From the NCBI GenBank assembly GCA_951406725.2, contig OX597830.1, forward strand, positions 54,560,001 to 54,624,000: DNA of 64,000 nucleotides, in the 5' to 3' direction. Below, in pieces: positions 1 to 13,996 of the stretch; position 1 is the stretch's first letter; each line of letters opens with the position of its first letter. Source of the stretch: Octopus vulgaris. Lineage: Eukaryota. The position numbers were made by a program, and so were the translations under genes. The notes beneath the pieces were generated by a model, which was not told the origin of the DNA, made no database searches, and was given only the letters and a program-made list of their open reading frames with translations.

Positions 1-300
1 AGGTTAATTCAGAACAGGGTTGGGTAGAGGTGGATCCGTTATCAATCTGGTTCACTCCTTGAATCAGATTTTTCTCTCAGAAAAAAAAAAATAAAATAAA
101 ACCAAGATATTGTGCTTTAATCCCCTTCTTTCTCTGTCCTCATCCTCCTTGTATTAAGTTGTTGACCTAAATTATAATTTCCATCACCTCATCCACCCAC
201 CCTAGTCTTTCCAAGACAGAGTAAACCGCTGCGTCTTCTCTCAATCTGCTAAAAATAAATTTTGCAAAATACACTTTTATAATTTTAGGAAAAGATATCT

Positions 301-533
301 GTTTCTTTATTACCCACAAGGGGCTAAACATAGAGGGGACAAACAAGGACAGACAAAGGGATTAAGTCGATTACATCGACCCCAGTGCATAACTGGTACT
401 TTATTTATCGACCCCGAAAGGATGAAAGGCAAAGTTGACCTTGGCAGAATTTGAACTCAGAACGTAACGGCAGACGAAATACGGCTACGCATTTCGCCCA
501 GCGTGCTAACGGTTCTGCCAGCTCGCCGCCTTA
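301..533 (-). mobile_element. tRNA-derived SINE with a Meta-like central domain (family M), full length
   Basis: Minus-strand head ggcggcgagctggcaga...gagttcaaattc, central gactttgcctttcatcctttcggggtcgataaa...agtaccag; 14-bp TSD aggaaaagatatct at 287-300 and 534-547. Confidence 0.85.
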
Positions 534-604
534 AGGAAAAGATATCTTTCGATAACATGTCCCCCTGTTCTCCTGCATGTAGGAAAATGGCTGTGTGTAC
601 CTCA

Positions 605-800
605 AGAGAACATCATATAACAGTATTCAAAGAAGAGGAGGCTGAGGATTGATCCTTGGTGAACCCTTACTTCTACCTGGAATTCTTCACTATACTCGTT
701 GCCAATCTTCACCTTATTGACAATATCCATGTACAGGGTTTGTACAGCTCTTACCAACCACTTGTCTATCCTCAGTTTCTGCATTGACCACCAGTCTATG
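605..800 (-). pseudogene. RTE-clade reverse transcriptase fragment
   Basis: WWSMQKLRIDKWLVRAVQTLY...SEEFQVEVRVHQGSILS resembles the RTE RT domain 3-4 region (V.QGS.LSP motif). Confidence 0.75.
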
Positions 801-1160
801 TATGTGTGCACACATGTTTTGATAATGTGCAGCAGTTGTAAACAAGCACCACTGTCATAAGTAGGGTCGTTTATTTCCAATCTTTCATGGAAACATGTCT
901 GGCCATGGGAAAATATTATTTTGCAAGGAAATAGTTGAGAGGGACTCAATGAATTTGACCTGATTCATAAAAACAGGGAAAAATGGACATTAAAACTATG
1001 GTGATATATATTCTTGATCTTATAAGAATTTATAAACATTTGGGGGAATGAGAAATAAATTCTTTAGTGGATTTGGTAGATGGAAACTGAAAGAAACCTA
1101 CTGTGTGTGTGTCTATATACATAGAATGGGCAAAAGCGCTAATATATAATATATGTTATA

Positions 1161-1666
1161 TCTATATATATAAAACTCTAGTTGTGTGAGTGTCTGTCCC
1201 CTTCGATTTAGATTCCTAACTCCTCCCACATTTTGCGGTGCAGTTTAACCAAATTCGGGTATCTTATAGTCGTGATTCATATCGAGCCCGTCTGACTATT
1301 AGCGCGCGTCAACGATGAGTCTACGATTTTAAAAATAATTTAACATCATTTTTTATTCCATTTTAATGCATAAAATGCATCGTGTGTCGATGGCGGCGGA
1401 GTTGGCGTCCACGCTCACAGCTGCACCTGTTTGCTTCTCCCCCTTCCCTCCCTCGTGAAGCTGTGGGGAAGGGAGTGTAAAGAAATCAACGTCGTAATGC
1501 GTTGTGAAGGAAACCAGCGTTCTTTTAGAACAACGACTTCATGGCTTGAAGACACCAAAACAAAAATGGCTAAGAAAGCCCGAATTTATAAGGGAAGTAA
1601 CTCTCTAAAAATGCTTATAAAGTTATTTCCCTTACAAACCCGAGCAACGCCGGGCGATACTGCTAG
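1161..1666 (+). mobile_element. Non-autonomous Helitron, copy 1
   Basis: A|TCTATATATATAAAAC 5' end; subterminal hairpin CCCGAGCAACGCCGGG at 1639-1654; CTAG|T 3' end. Confidence 0.8.
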
Positions 1667-2227
1667 TATATATATATAAAACTGTAGTTGTGTGAGTGTC
1701 TGTCCCCTTCGATTTAGATTCCTAACTACTCCCATATTTTGCAGTGCAGTTTAACCAAAACCGGGTATCTTATAGTCGTGATTCATATCGAGACGGTCTG
1801 GGTATTAGCGCGCGTCTACGATGAGTCTACGATTTAAAAAATAATTTAACATCATTTCTTATTCCATTTTAATGCATATTTTTTCGTGTGTCGATGGCGG
1901 CGGAGTTGGCGTCCATGCTCACGCATGCACCTGTGTTGCTTCTCCCCCTTCTTCCCTCCCTCGTGAAGCTGTGGGGAAGGGAGTGTAAGGAAATCAACGT
2001 CGTGAAGCGTTGTCAAGGAGACCAGTTTCTTTTAGAACGACTTCATGGCTTGAAGACACCAAAACAGAAAATGTCTACGATGAGTCAACGATTTAAAAAA
2101 AATTTACCATAACTTTTTTTCCATTTTTAATGCATTCTTTTTGCTATTTTTTTGGCTATAACTCTCTAAAAATGCTTATATAGTTATTTCCCTTACAAAC
2201 CCGAGCAACGCCGGGCGATACTGCTAG
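1667..2227 (+). mobile_element. Non-autonomous Helitron, copy 2, head-to-tail with copy 1
   Basis: Homologous to 1161-1666, with the same hairpin and CTAG|T end at 2224-2227. Confidence 0.8.
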
Positions 2228-2258
<31 letters not shown>

Positions 2259-2736
2259 TGTGTGTCTCTTTATGTCTGTTTGTTCTATGTGGAACCTAGG
2301 TAAGTGACTTTCACTATAGCCTTAGGAGGACCAAATCTCTGAGTGGATAGTGGATATAGTGGAAAGACACTGTAAGAAGCTAATTATGTGTGTGTGTACA
2401 CCTATGTCTTGACATCATGTACTGATTGCAAATGAGCATCAGTACCATAGAAGTGATGTTTGTTTCTGGCCTTCCATGAAAAACCTATTTGGCTGTAGTA
2501 AATCTGCCTCAACAAATTCCATCTGACTCATTCATGCAAGTATGGAAAAGTGGTATTAATAATGATGAGGACTGTGGTAAGAAGTTGTTTCTGAATCACA
2601 TGGTTCTGGTTTCTGTCCCTCTGTGTGGCACCTTGGGCAAGTATTTTCTACCATAGCCTTAGACTAACCAAAGTCTTTAGTGGATTTGGTAGATGGAAAC
2701 TGAAAGAAACCTATTGTGTGTGTGTGTGTATGTATG

Positions 2737-2779
<43 letters not shown>

Positions 2780-3910
2780 AGTGTGTGTATCTTTATGTCT
2801 GTTTGTTCTCCACCACTATTTAACATGTTTGTATGTTTACATCCCTGCAACTTAGCAGTTCAGCAAAGGTGACCAATAGAATAAGTATCAGGCTTAAAAA
2901 AGTACTAGGATTGATTCGTTTGATAAAAATTCTTCAAGGTGATGCCCCAGCAGTCTGAGTGCAACAAGTAAAAGATAAAAGGTATATTTGTATCATCATA
3001 ATCTAATGTCCATGTTCCATGCTGGCATGGGTTGGACTATATATATATATATACACATATATACATACACACACTCCTACATGATGGGCTTCTTACAGTT
3101 TCTTTCTATCAACCATTCACAAAGCAATGGTTGGCTTCTCTTAAAAGGACGAAAGCAAATTTGACTTTTGATGGTTTTGGACTCTGTGTGCTGAATGTCA
3201 CAAAGTTTTATCCGATGTTCGAATGACTCTACCATTTGAAAGCAAATTCACTCTTGGAAGTAAATTTAAAGAAAGATATGGTATTATAGCTGATATCCAC
3301 TCCCCCCCCCCCACCACAGTTGGATCTGTTGTTGCTGTTATAGTTATTTATTCATTGGTCAGTCCTTATTGAGCAGGGTTGTGGTCAGGCATGACCAACT
3401 TTGACCATTCCATTTTTTATTTTATTGAAGACCTCTTTTGACACGGTAGGTTCTGGTTTGAGGAAGATTTTGCTGCTATTTCTAACTTTGTGAATATCTA
3501 CATAGAGGCCTGCTCCTTCATGGGTCTGAATTTCTGTGTATTTATCTGTACTGTTTAACTCCCAGATCAGCCCTAACTGAGCCAGAGGTTTGACCATCTG
3601 TTTTTAGAGGTACGATGTAGTGTGTAACTTGAGGGAACTTAGTTGCTGTTTTTAACAGTTCAAGTAACTACATAGAGCAGGCAAGAGCAGCCCTTCTTGA
3701 GAAGTGGGTTACATGAGACAGCTCATTATCAGGCAGGTTGTACTATTAAAAACATTCAAGATAATTTCTTTTATTAGGCATGCTATTCAGAAAGACCCAT
3801 GGATCACAGTGTGTCCATGATTAATGTAGAGGCTCCCTGGTTGTGTTGTCATGGTTACATATACAGGGTGATGGACATTTCTCATCCAGTGTCCTAACAA
3901 TTTCACTAAT

Positions 3911-4288
3911 AGGTGCAGGAGTGGCTGTGTGGTAAGTAGCTTGTTTACCAACCACATAGTTCTAGGTTCAATCCCACTGCATGGCACCTTGGGCAAGTGT
4001 TTTCTACTATAGCCTCGGGCTGACCAAAGCCTTGGGTGGATTTGGTACACAGAAACTGAAAGAAGCCTGTCGTATATATGTGTGTTTGTGTGTCTGTGTT
4101 TGTCCCCCTAACATCACTTGACAATCGATGCTGGTGTGTTTAACTTAGTGGTTCGGCAAAAGAGACTGATAGAATAAGTACTAGGTTTACAAAGAATAAG
4201 CCCTGGGGTTGATTTGCTCGACTAAAGCTGGTGCTCCAGCATGGCCGCAGTCAAATGACTGAAACAAGTAAAAGAGTAAAGAGAGTAA
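3911..4288 (+). mobile_element. tRNA-derived SINE with a CORE-like ccttgggcaagt motif (family C), full length
   Basis: Head aggtgcaggagtggctgtgtggtaag...ggttcaatccc, internal TA/TG tract, tail aaacaagtaaaagagtaaagag. Related copies lie near 2570-2980(+), 8500-8666(-), 9828-9985(+), 43975-44118(-) and 63050-63260(+). Confidence 0.82.
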
Positions 4289-4609
4289 TCTTGGGCTTTA
4301 GTTTATTACAAGCCCAAAAGGACGAAGGGCAAAGTTAACTTTGACTGGATTTGAACCCCGTTCAGTGAGAATTGAAACCAATGTCACATGGTATTGTGTT
4401 GTGCTCTAATAATCAGTCTTATGTGTTTATTTAATCGATTAATTAGCACAACGGCATGTTGCTGGTATAATTAGCTGTCACAGTTGGATATCTCTTCCTG
4501 TTGCTAACACTCAACAATGAAGTTGCAACTTGGCCCGTTACTGTCTGACTTGCAAACTAGTGTGAACAGTTTTGTGTTTACTTTAAGGTAGTGTCCTAAA
4601 ACTTGTGCT

Positions 4610-5172
4610 TTAATCGTTTTGATACCAACTCACCTGAGACCCACACTAGTTCTGTGATACAACTTTTCTGTTTCAAAGTAATCTCAATTAAAACTTTCTA
4701 TAAAAATGTTATACTCATCTATGTTCTAAACATCACCTTGATAATGACAGTTATTTTATGAAATTCTTTATTTTGAAATTAATAGAAGCAAAAGCAGTAT
4801 GATTTTCTGCATGAGGATGGTTACAAAAGGGTCCAAGTGTTCTTAATTAAAACCTTCCATCAAAATTTCATGTTAATTTATTTTCTAAACACTAGCCTAA
4901 TAATGACTGTAATTTTATTAAGTTCCATTTTTCAAAATTATTTTAAACAAAAGTAGTGTTTTCTACAAAAATTTTGTAACAGGTGGGTTAAGACAGGAAT
5001 AAGCTGGTGTCAAAACAAGTAATCTAAATAAAAACCTATCAAAATCTCATATTAATTCATGTTTCAAATACCAGCTTCATTAAGGCAGTTATTTACTAAA
5101 TTTCCATTATTTTCTAAATTAAAATAAAAGCACTGTATTTTTAAATAGAAATATGGAAATGAAAGAGTTAAT
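4610..5172 (+). repeat. Three tandem degenerate copies (150-170 bp) of the right arm of a piggyBac-like MITE
   Basis: Repeated ttaaaac...aaaatttcatgttaattta...gttattttactaaattc...aaagggtt(aa); homologous to 21227-21440, 7480-7615 and 17270-17470. Confidence 0.6.
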
Positions 5173-5552
5173 ATACATGTCTTCACTACTTCGACTCCAG
5201 ATAAAATTTGCATATTTTTGATTCTACTGGTTTTACAGGTAACACCCTTACCTCTTGTGAACCACTCAATTGTAAGATGTGGGGCAACTATTTTGTCAGG
5301 CTGACAAGTTAGCAGTGTTATTAATAGATGTGTAAAGGTAATGAGCTGGCAGAATCATTAGCATGCCAGGCAAAATGCTTATTGGTATTTCATCCATCTT
5401 TACTTTCTGAGTTCAAACTCCACTGAGGTTCATTTTGCCTTTCATCCTTTTGGGGTCAATAAAATAAATACCATTTGAGCATTGGGGGTCAGTGTAATTA
5501 ACTTACCCCCTCTCCCGAACTTGTTGGCCTTGTGTCAAAATTTGAAACCATT

Positions 5553-5792
5553 TTTTTTTATATTTCTTTATTGCCCACAGGAGGCTAAACATAAAGGGGA
5601 CAAACAAGGAGAGACAAAGCGATTAAGTTGATTACATTGACCCCAGTGCCTAACTGGTACTTATTTAATCGAACCCAAAAGGACAAAAGGCAAAGTTGAC
5701 CTTGGCGGAATTTGAATCAGAACATAACGGCAGCTGAAATACCGATAAGCATTCTGGCCAGTGTGCTAATGATTCTGCCAGCTTGCCGCCTT
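5553..5792 (-). mobile_element. Family M SINE inserted at the tail of an older plus-strand family M copy (about 5337-5550)
   Basis: 13-bp TSD atttgaaaccatt at 5540-5552 and 5793-5805; homologous to 301-533. Confidence 0.82.
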
Positions 5793-6155
5793 ATTTGAAA
5801 CCATTACCACATGTGTGGTGTAATGGTTAGTGTTGGGCTAATATGTACAAGATTGTGAGCTGAATTCCTGGAATAGGAGGGGTATATCGTGTCCCTGAGC
5901 AACATATATCACTTCATATTGCTCCAGGTTAATCATATGAAAATGAATGCCAGCCCCAGTGCTGGTGCAGCCCTGTCTCTCTCTAGTTGTCACATCCTCA
6001 ATATTCTCCTGAATTAAAGGGGTGGGAGGGTTGAGAAGGTGATCTATTGATCAGCTAAGTGTATTTATTGGTCAGTTCACATTCTGCTGATTTCTGTTAC
6101 TATTGTTTACACCATTCCACTTTATTGTCTTTTAATAATTGTTCTCTCATTGTAG

Positions 6156-6338
6156 CAACTTCTCCCTCCCTCTACTGCCACCACCGCTGCTGCTGCTGCC
6201 ACTGTCACCAAAGTTGGTCAGCATCGGACAGTATGGACTGGTCAAGAAGAACTGAAAGATGTCGACCCTGAGGTGCATGACCTGTTACAGAAGGAGAAGA
6301 ACCGACAAATTTATGGATTAGAATTAATTGCTTCAGAA
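6156..6338 (+). CDS. SHMT2: SHMT2 coding exon ([61 protein letters not shown])
   Basis: Acceptor ctcattgtag, donor gtttgt; 183 nt, phase 0/0. The 5' boundary is less certain than the 3' boundary. Confidence 0.88.
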
Positions 6339-8675
6339 GTTTGTATAATTATCTACATTTCATTGTTATTGTTGTTGGTTTCTCCACTCACTACTGTGAC
6401 TCCCTCCTTTCATGCACTGTCTTCACCCCCCCCATCTCTCTTATCCTCTCACCATCAGCAGCTGTATCATCTTTACTACTCCTGCTGTTTGCTGCCCACC
6501 ACTCTTCCGTGCTCCTCATCCCCAGCTTTTCTCATCCTCCCTTCATCCATTTTGGTAGTCTGCTCCCCTCCCCATTCATTCATCTTCTCTTACAATCTTA
6601 CAAACCACCCACCCATCAACCTCTGCTCAGCTTGTGCCTTGTGGGGGGTACCTGGACATCTTAATTAGCATTATCTATGTGTGCAACTCCTACTAATTAT
6701 TTTCTATTTTTCTGTTCTCTCTGCCCTTTTTTTTTCTTTTTCATACTAGATGGGGGTAGCCATGCAGATCCCTCTGCATGAACCTTCTCTGCCTGCCCTC
6801 GCTCATAGTAATCCCCTTTTTCCTTAGCACGATGCTGACCCCCTGCTATACAAACACCTACCCTGAGCCAGTAGTCCTGTAAACAGCATGGCAATCTCAA
6901 TAGTGCAGGTGGCACAAAAAACACCCAGTCCTTGTTGTAAAGTGGTTGGCCTTAAGAACGGCATCCAGTCATAAAAACAATGCCAAAGCAGACACTTGCG
7001 CTATATGCAGTCTTTGGACACCTCAGTTCCTGCCAAACCAATCAACCCATGCTAGCATGGAAAGGGTGAAAGGGTGACCCCCTTCGGTCATGAATGACTA
7101 TGGGATTGCACCTAGAAAGTTCTCCGAGGCACAAGTCCAGGCAAGCTTGTTTATGGAAGACCAGCAGTCGCCCATGCATACCAGCCTCCCCTCTCCATGC
7201 CACCAATGTTATCCAAAGGAAAGGGCCAAGGCTGATACAGCTTGGTACCAATGAATGATGTTGCAACTCATTTCTATAGCTCAGTGAACTGGAGCAACGA
7301 GAAATAAAGTGTCTTGCTCAAGAACACAACATGCAGCTTGGTCCAGGAATCGAACTCACAACCTCACGATCGTAAGTTCGATGCGCCATCACTAGCATTG
7401 CCCTTAAAATGCCATTGTGGATCCCTGATTTACTACTTTTGGACCCCCAAAAATATAATATGAACCCTGGTTGAGAACTGCTGCCTTACATCAAAATTTC
7501 ACATTAATTTATGTCCAAAATCCCTAATGAGTTATTTTACTGAATTCTTAATTATTTAAAAAATTGATTGAAACAGAGACTTTATTTCATCAGAAATGTG
7601 GTAATAAATGAGTTAATGTTTTCACCGTTTCTTCTGTAGAACTTTGCCAGTCGAGCTGTGGTTGATGTTACAGGCTCATGCCTTACCAATAAGTATTCTG
7701 AAGGCTACCCCGGGGCACGGTGAGTATCTTTTTGTTGTTTAACACCCCACTCCAAACTACCCTAAGTTATTTCTGATTCCGCTGGCCTATGATCAAGGAC
7801 GTTCTTATGACCATCCTGTACTTTCTTTAGGTATAGTATATCTCAGACAACACTGTTCAATGTATCCCTCTTTGTCATTTTGTCTTAGGTCAGCTCTGAT
7901 CCTGCTGACCCATCAAGGATGTTCCAGCCGTAACCATCATGAATATTTGATTTAGATATGATTAAAGATATCCCAGCCATGAACAATCAGTCATTATTCA
8001 TGTGTATATCTCGGACCACAGTATCTGATGTACTTTACATTTATTTTAAAGGTGGTAGGATGTGATTTGAGGGAGATTTTGCTGCTATATTTAATGGGAA
8101 AATGGTGTGAGACAAATATTTTGAGAAGATTACATCATTTCAACTGGTTAAATCAAATTAATGAAGATAAAAACACCATCGTTTTAACATACACTTTTCC
8201 AAGTAAAATCACACTGGTGGCAGATACTGGTGTCATAAAACTAGCATCTGTGCCAGTGGCACATAAAAGCACCCATAAGACTCTTGGAGTCATTAAGTTA
8301 GGAAGTGCATCCAGTTGTAGAGACCATGCCAAATGAGACTGGAGTCTGGTGCAGCCTTCCAACTTGCCAGCCCTGGTCAAACCATCCAACCCATACCAGT
8401 GTGGACAACGGACACGAGATGATGATGATACTGATTGTGTAACAGCATATTCATTTACAACTGTCATGTAATGTCAAAGCAAGGACACACACACACTCAC
8501 ACATGAGTTCTTTCAGTTTCTTTTTACCAGATCTTCTCACAGGGCTTTGGTTGGCCTGGAGCTAGTTGTAGAAGACACTTGCCCAAGGTGCCATGCAGTG
8601 GGACTGACCTTGGAACCATGTGGTTGGGAAGCATGCTTCTTAACCATACAGCCATGCCTGCACCTATAATGAGGA

Positions 8676-8714
<39 letters not shown>

Positions 8715-8972
8715 GTAATAATAATCCAGCTGTAGAGGTCATGCCAAAACATACAATGGGGCCTGGTACAGCTTCCAACCTTGCCAGCTCCTGCAAACCA
8801 TCCAACCCATGCCAGCATGGAAAAACTAAAATTAAATGATGATGATAATTTCCAAATATATATTGCATTTGTTTATCTAAGATAAGAATATTTTTTTATC
8901 TATTAAATGTAATTTAATATTTCTTAAATCTGTTGCTACTCATCTCCTTTCCTGTCCTTCGTTGGCCCTTAT

Positions 8973-9013
<41 letters not shown>

Positions 9014-10198
9014 TCTACCCTACATCAGCTCTTATGAGTACACGAGTACCCCACTATTTCTCATTGACCTCATTTATAGGCTGATACCACTTATCTCTTT
9101 CTGCTGCCATCTCTGTCTTCAATTTGACTACAACTCGTCTCCGGTCTCTTATTCTTTTTCTCCTCCGCTGCCTTCTTTGGTCAATTAAAATGATTGACAT
9201 CCTCATTCGCAATGTCCTTTCTATTCAAATATTGTCAGTATTTGAATAGGTTTATCTCTCCTACTACAGCTACCAGCATCTAATGCAACTACCAATACTG
9301 ACTATTAGAACATCATCATCATCGTTTAACGTCTGCTTTCCATGCTAGCATGGGTTGGACGATTTTGACTGAGGGCTGGCGAATCAGATGGCTGCACCAG
9401 GCTCCAATCTTGATCTGGCAGAGTTTCTACAGCTGGATGCTCTTCCTAATGCCAACCACTCCAAGAGTGTAGTGGGTGCTTTTTATATGCCACTGGCATG
9501 GGGGCCAGTCAGGCGGTACTGGCAATCTTTTTACATGTGCCAGTGAAGCGACGTTGGTAATGATCACGCGCAAATGGTGCCCTTTTACGTGCCACGGGTA
9601 CGGAAGCCAGTTGTCTGCTCTGGCAACGATCACACTCAGAATGACCGAGTGGTCTAAGGCACCAGGTACGGTAACCAGAACCATTAATACAATTAAAACC
9701 ATCAATTCTAACGGTTATAGCTACCAGTTAATCACCCCCATATTATTATTATAATGATCAGTACTATAATATCATCTAATACTCTTACAGCCAGAAATAC
9801 TGTAATAGTCGTCAGGTGTCGTTAAGTGCAGGCATGGTAATGTGGTTACTAAGTTTGCTTCCCAACCACATAGTTTTGGGTTCAGTCCCACTGTGTGGCA
9901 CCTTGTGCAAATGTCTTCTACCATAGCCACAGGCCAACCAAAGTCATGTGGGTGGATTTGGTAGACAGAGACTGAAAGAAACCTGATGTCTCTCTCTCTC
10001 TCTCTCTCAAATATATATCCATGTTGTAAATATATATATATACAGATAAGTAAACTTGTGTGTGTGAATATACATGTGTGTGTCTATATATATATATATA
10101 GTGCGTGTGTGTGTGTATACTTAGAGTGCGTATGTGTATGTATATAGTGCATGTATATATATATATAGTGCGTGTGTGTGTGTATATATATATATATC

Positions 10199-10236
<38 letters not shown>

Positions 10237-10434
10237 CATGTGTGTATGTGTATATATATATATATATATATAGTACAAAGTAAGATAGGGGTTATGGATG
10301 TAAACATTGTAATATCTGTAAGTTGATGAACAAACTGAATTTGTTTCTCCATTTTCTTATTTGTAATATATATATATAGTGTGTGTATATATGTAGTGTA
10401 TGTGTATATATGTTGTGTATATATAGTGTGTATG

Positions 10435-10475
<41 letters not shown>

Positions 10476-10513
10476 TGTGTTGTGTAGTGTCTGTAGTGTG
10501 TGTATGTTTAAAT

Positions 10514-10556
<43 letters not shown>

Positions 10557-13500
10557 GATATACGTGTGTACCTTTGTTCATTATCTAGTGTATAGGTAAG
10601 CATCAGCATGATACAAGCAATGTTTCCAACCTTCCAGGAAAACATGTCTGGCCATAGGAAAATATTATCTTACTTGGAAACGGGTGAGGATTGGTGACAG
10701 GATGGGCATTCAGCTCTTGAAAATCTACCCAAACAAATTCTGTCTAAACCATGTAAGCATGGAAAAGTAGACGTTAAAAAAAACACAATGATGATCAATT
10801 CAATTATAACCTAATAACATTATGATCAACAATACTAACACTGATAATAATAATAATAATGAAAATATTGTATACAGTGCTCAGGTGCACCACAACTTGT
10901 CAACTTTGAAGGATGCAGTGCTCTGTCAACTAACAACTGATAGAAACTATGCATTGGAGTAGTGCCAATCCTCTTATATATCAAAGACTAACATTATTTA
11001 ATGAGTATTTTTTTCCATTTTTTTTTAAGGCACAAAGTAAAATTTGACTGCTGTTTCTAGTCAGTTGATTAACTTCATAAGAGGCTCTTTGTTGGTTAGT
11101 TACAGATTGGATATACTGGATGTTGTTGTTGTAAATAATTACATGTGTTCATGAAATTAAAACATTGATGTCTTTACTTTGCAGATATTATGGAGGAAAT
11201 ATTTACATAGACGAAATTGAGCGCTTATGTCAGAAGAGGGCCCTGGAATGTTTCCGAGCTGATCCAGAACGATGGGGTGTGAATGTACAACCATATTCTG
11301 GGAGCCCAGCTAACATGGCTGTGTATACTGCTGTTTTAAATCCCCACGATCGGATCATGGGACAAGATTTACCAGATGGAGGACAGTATGTAATTTTTTT
11401 TTCCCCAGTTTTTACTGTTTGTCTATTTTGGAGGGATTCTGCTTTAAGTATCCCATATAACCCCTCATAACTTTTTTTGTTTTTTGGAATTTTCAGAAAA
11501 TTTTTGCGAATTTGAAGTGTGTATGTTTGCATGTGTATTTGAAGTGCATATGTTTGTGTGTGTATTTGTGTGCATATGTTTGTGCGTGTATTCATGTGTG
11601 TATGTTTGTGCGTGTATTTGTGTGCATATGTTTGTGCGTGTATTCATGTGTGTATGTTTGTGTGTGTATTTGTGTGCATATGTTTGTGCGTGTATTCATG
11701 TGTGTATGTTTGTGTGTGTATTTGTGTGCATATGTTTGTGCGTGTATTCATGTGTGTATGTTTGCATGTGTATTTGTATGCATATGTTTGCGTGCGTATT
11801 TGTATGCGTATGTTTGCATATGTACTAGTGTGCATATGTTTGCATGTGTACTCGTGTACATGTGTTTGCGTGTGTACATGTGTGTGTACTCGTGTACATG
11901 TTTGCGTACTTGTGTACATGTTTGCATCTGTACTTGTGTTTGCGTGTGTATTCGTGTACATATGTACACGAATACACACACAAATATTGTATTTTTGTAT
12001 TTGTGTACATTTTTGTGTGTGTGTGTATGTGTGTAGATATGTATTTCTGTTTGTGTGGACGAGTTTGTATTTCCCCTTGTCTTCCCATGTGTTCATTGAC
12101 TGTAAACAGTGATACATGTTGTGTCCTTTGTTTGCAACCAACAGCATAAAGCATGTAAGAGTTTGTAAACATAGTCTTTGTAAACAAAAGGTCCATTCAA
12201 ATTGTGTTGCTTGTTTCCACTTTATTATGTAATTAGGTCCTGGCTCTTTATTATTCCATAAACCAGGTGATTAGTACCTTGCTTGGAAACAGGTGAGGGT
12301 TGGCAAGAAAAAGTACATAAAGCTGTAGGAACCTGTCTCAGTGAACTCTACCTAATCCATGTAAGCATGGAAATGTAGATGTGATGTTGAATAAATGATA
12401 ATATGTGTGTTTACATTTGATGGTTTTCCTATAATTTCCATCTACCAAATTCACACAATTCATTTTCCAGTCTGGAGCTATAATAAAGACAGCTGCACTG
12501 GATGCTGTGTGATGGAACTGAACCTGAAGCCACAAGATTCCAAAGCAACCTGCTTCACCACAGTCAAATCTCTGTATTTGTATTAAGAAAAAAAAATACG
12601 TATTCCTTGCTGTGTTGAAATATCTGTTTAATTTCTTCCTTTCTTTCCTTGATCCATCAGATTAATTAACAACCCCTGGTGAATTCCATGACAAATGGGA
12701 TTTTGCTCATGGAATTTTTATGGAAGAATACAAATGGAGTTTCCTGATGTCTGAGTTATTCTTTTTTACAAGACCTCATTTTGCAGGTTTTAGCCAATTC
12801 TTACAAAGTGAGAAAGAAGAATCAATCCTAATACACGATTGGTATTATCTTTAGTGTCTGTCTTTACGTTCTGAGTTCTAATTCCACCAAGGTTGACTTT
12901 GCCTTTCATCCTTTCAGGGTCGATAAATTAAGTACCAGTTACACACTGGGGTCGGTGTAATCGACTTAATTCGTTTGTCTGTCCTTGTTTGTCCCTTCTA
13001 TGTTTAGCCCCTTGTGGGCAATAAAGAAACATATTTGATGGTTTAGATTCATGTTCAGCTCAGCTCTTTAACATTTGTAATGAAATATGTTCATTATTCT
13101 ACTGAATTCTTCAGGTTTTCCATTCTTCTTAATAACAGATTTTTTTGTTTGTTTGTTTCTTTCAGTTTGACACATGGCTTTATGACTGACACCAAAAGAA
13201 TCTCTGCTACATCCATTTTCTTTGAATCGATGCCTTACAAGATCAATGTGAGTGCCATAGAATGTCTTTAATGATTTATCTCCCTTAGCTTCATTGCCGT
13301 CTCACTTTAAATTCCTAAATGTTTGAGACTTTAAAGCAGTGGTTCTCACTCTTACCTCTGTGGTTTACTAGATATCGTCTATAAAAGTTACTGGTGCTCT
13401 GTGTATTTCACATGGAAAGAATAAGTTGTGTTTCAGAGATGGATATATGGAAAACTACTAAACTATAACTAAGCTTGTTTTATTAATCGCTAGCAATGCA

Positions 13501-13959
13501 TCCCAGCGTTGCCAGGGTGTTATAACCTACAACATTGTATTTGTTCCTTTCTTATGGGCAGAATCAGTACAGCTGATATATAGTAAACTGGATTACTGGT
13601 GTAATGAAAGTTATTGTTTAAAAGTGAAGGAAAGGATGGTATAATTTGCAAGGATTTGCATGAAAGTGCTTTCTGTTCTTAAGAAGGATCACAAACTTTG
13701 TATTGATTCATTTGAAAGGGGGTGAAAATCGATTTTGGCAAGAAATCACTTTTCAAAATTTTAATCCCCCCCCCCATTCCCGTCCCCCACCACAGTTTCT
13801 TAATCAACTCCAGTATTCATTTTTGCCAACTGAGTGGACTGGAATGAGAATAAAGTGTCTTGCTCAAAGACTCAATGTACTGCTGGGAATCACTTATGAT
13901 TGTAAAATCATGAGTTCAATTCCCTAACCACCAAGCCACGTGCCTTCGTGATCTATAGA

Positions 13960-13996
<37 letters not shown>

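Noticed and set aside
1-8. ag|gttaat at the window edge as a possible exon 1 donor
   Set aside because: Cannot be evaluated without upstream sequence.
3911-3985. tRNA-like sequences here and at 32020-32090 and 39135-39209
   Set aside because: These are SINE heads with A/B boxes but no complete cloverleaf, and they continue into SINE bodies.
4517-4561. Possible SHMT2 first exon MKLQLGPLLSDLQTS|gtgaac (phase 0)
   Set aside because: The donor is weak, the peptide is not an Arg-rich targeting sequence and there is no promoter evidence. The true exon 1 probably lies upstream of the window.
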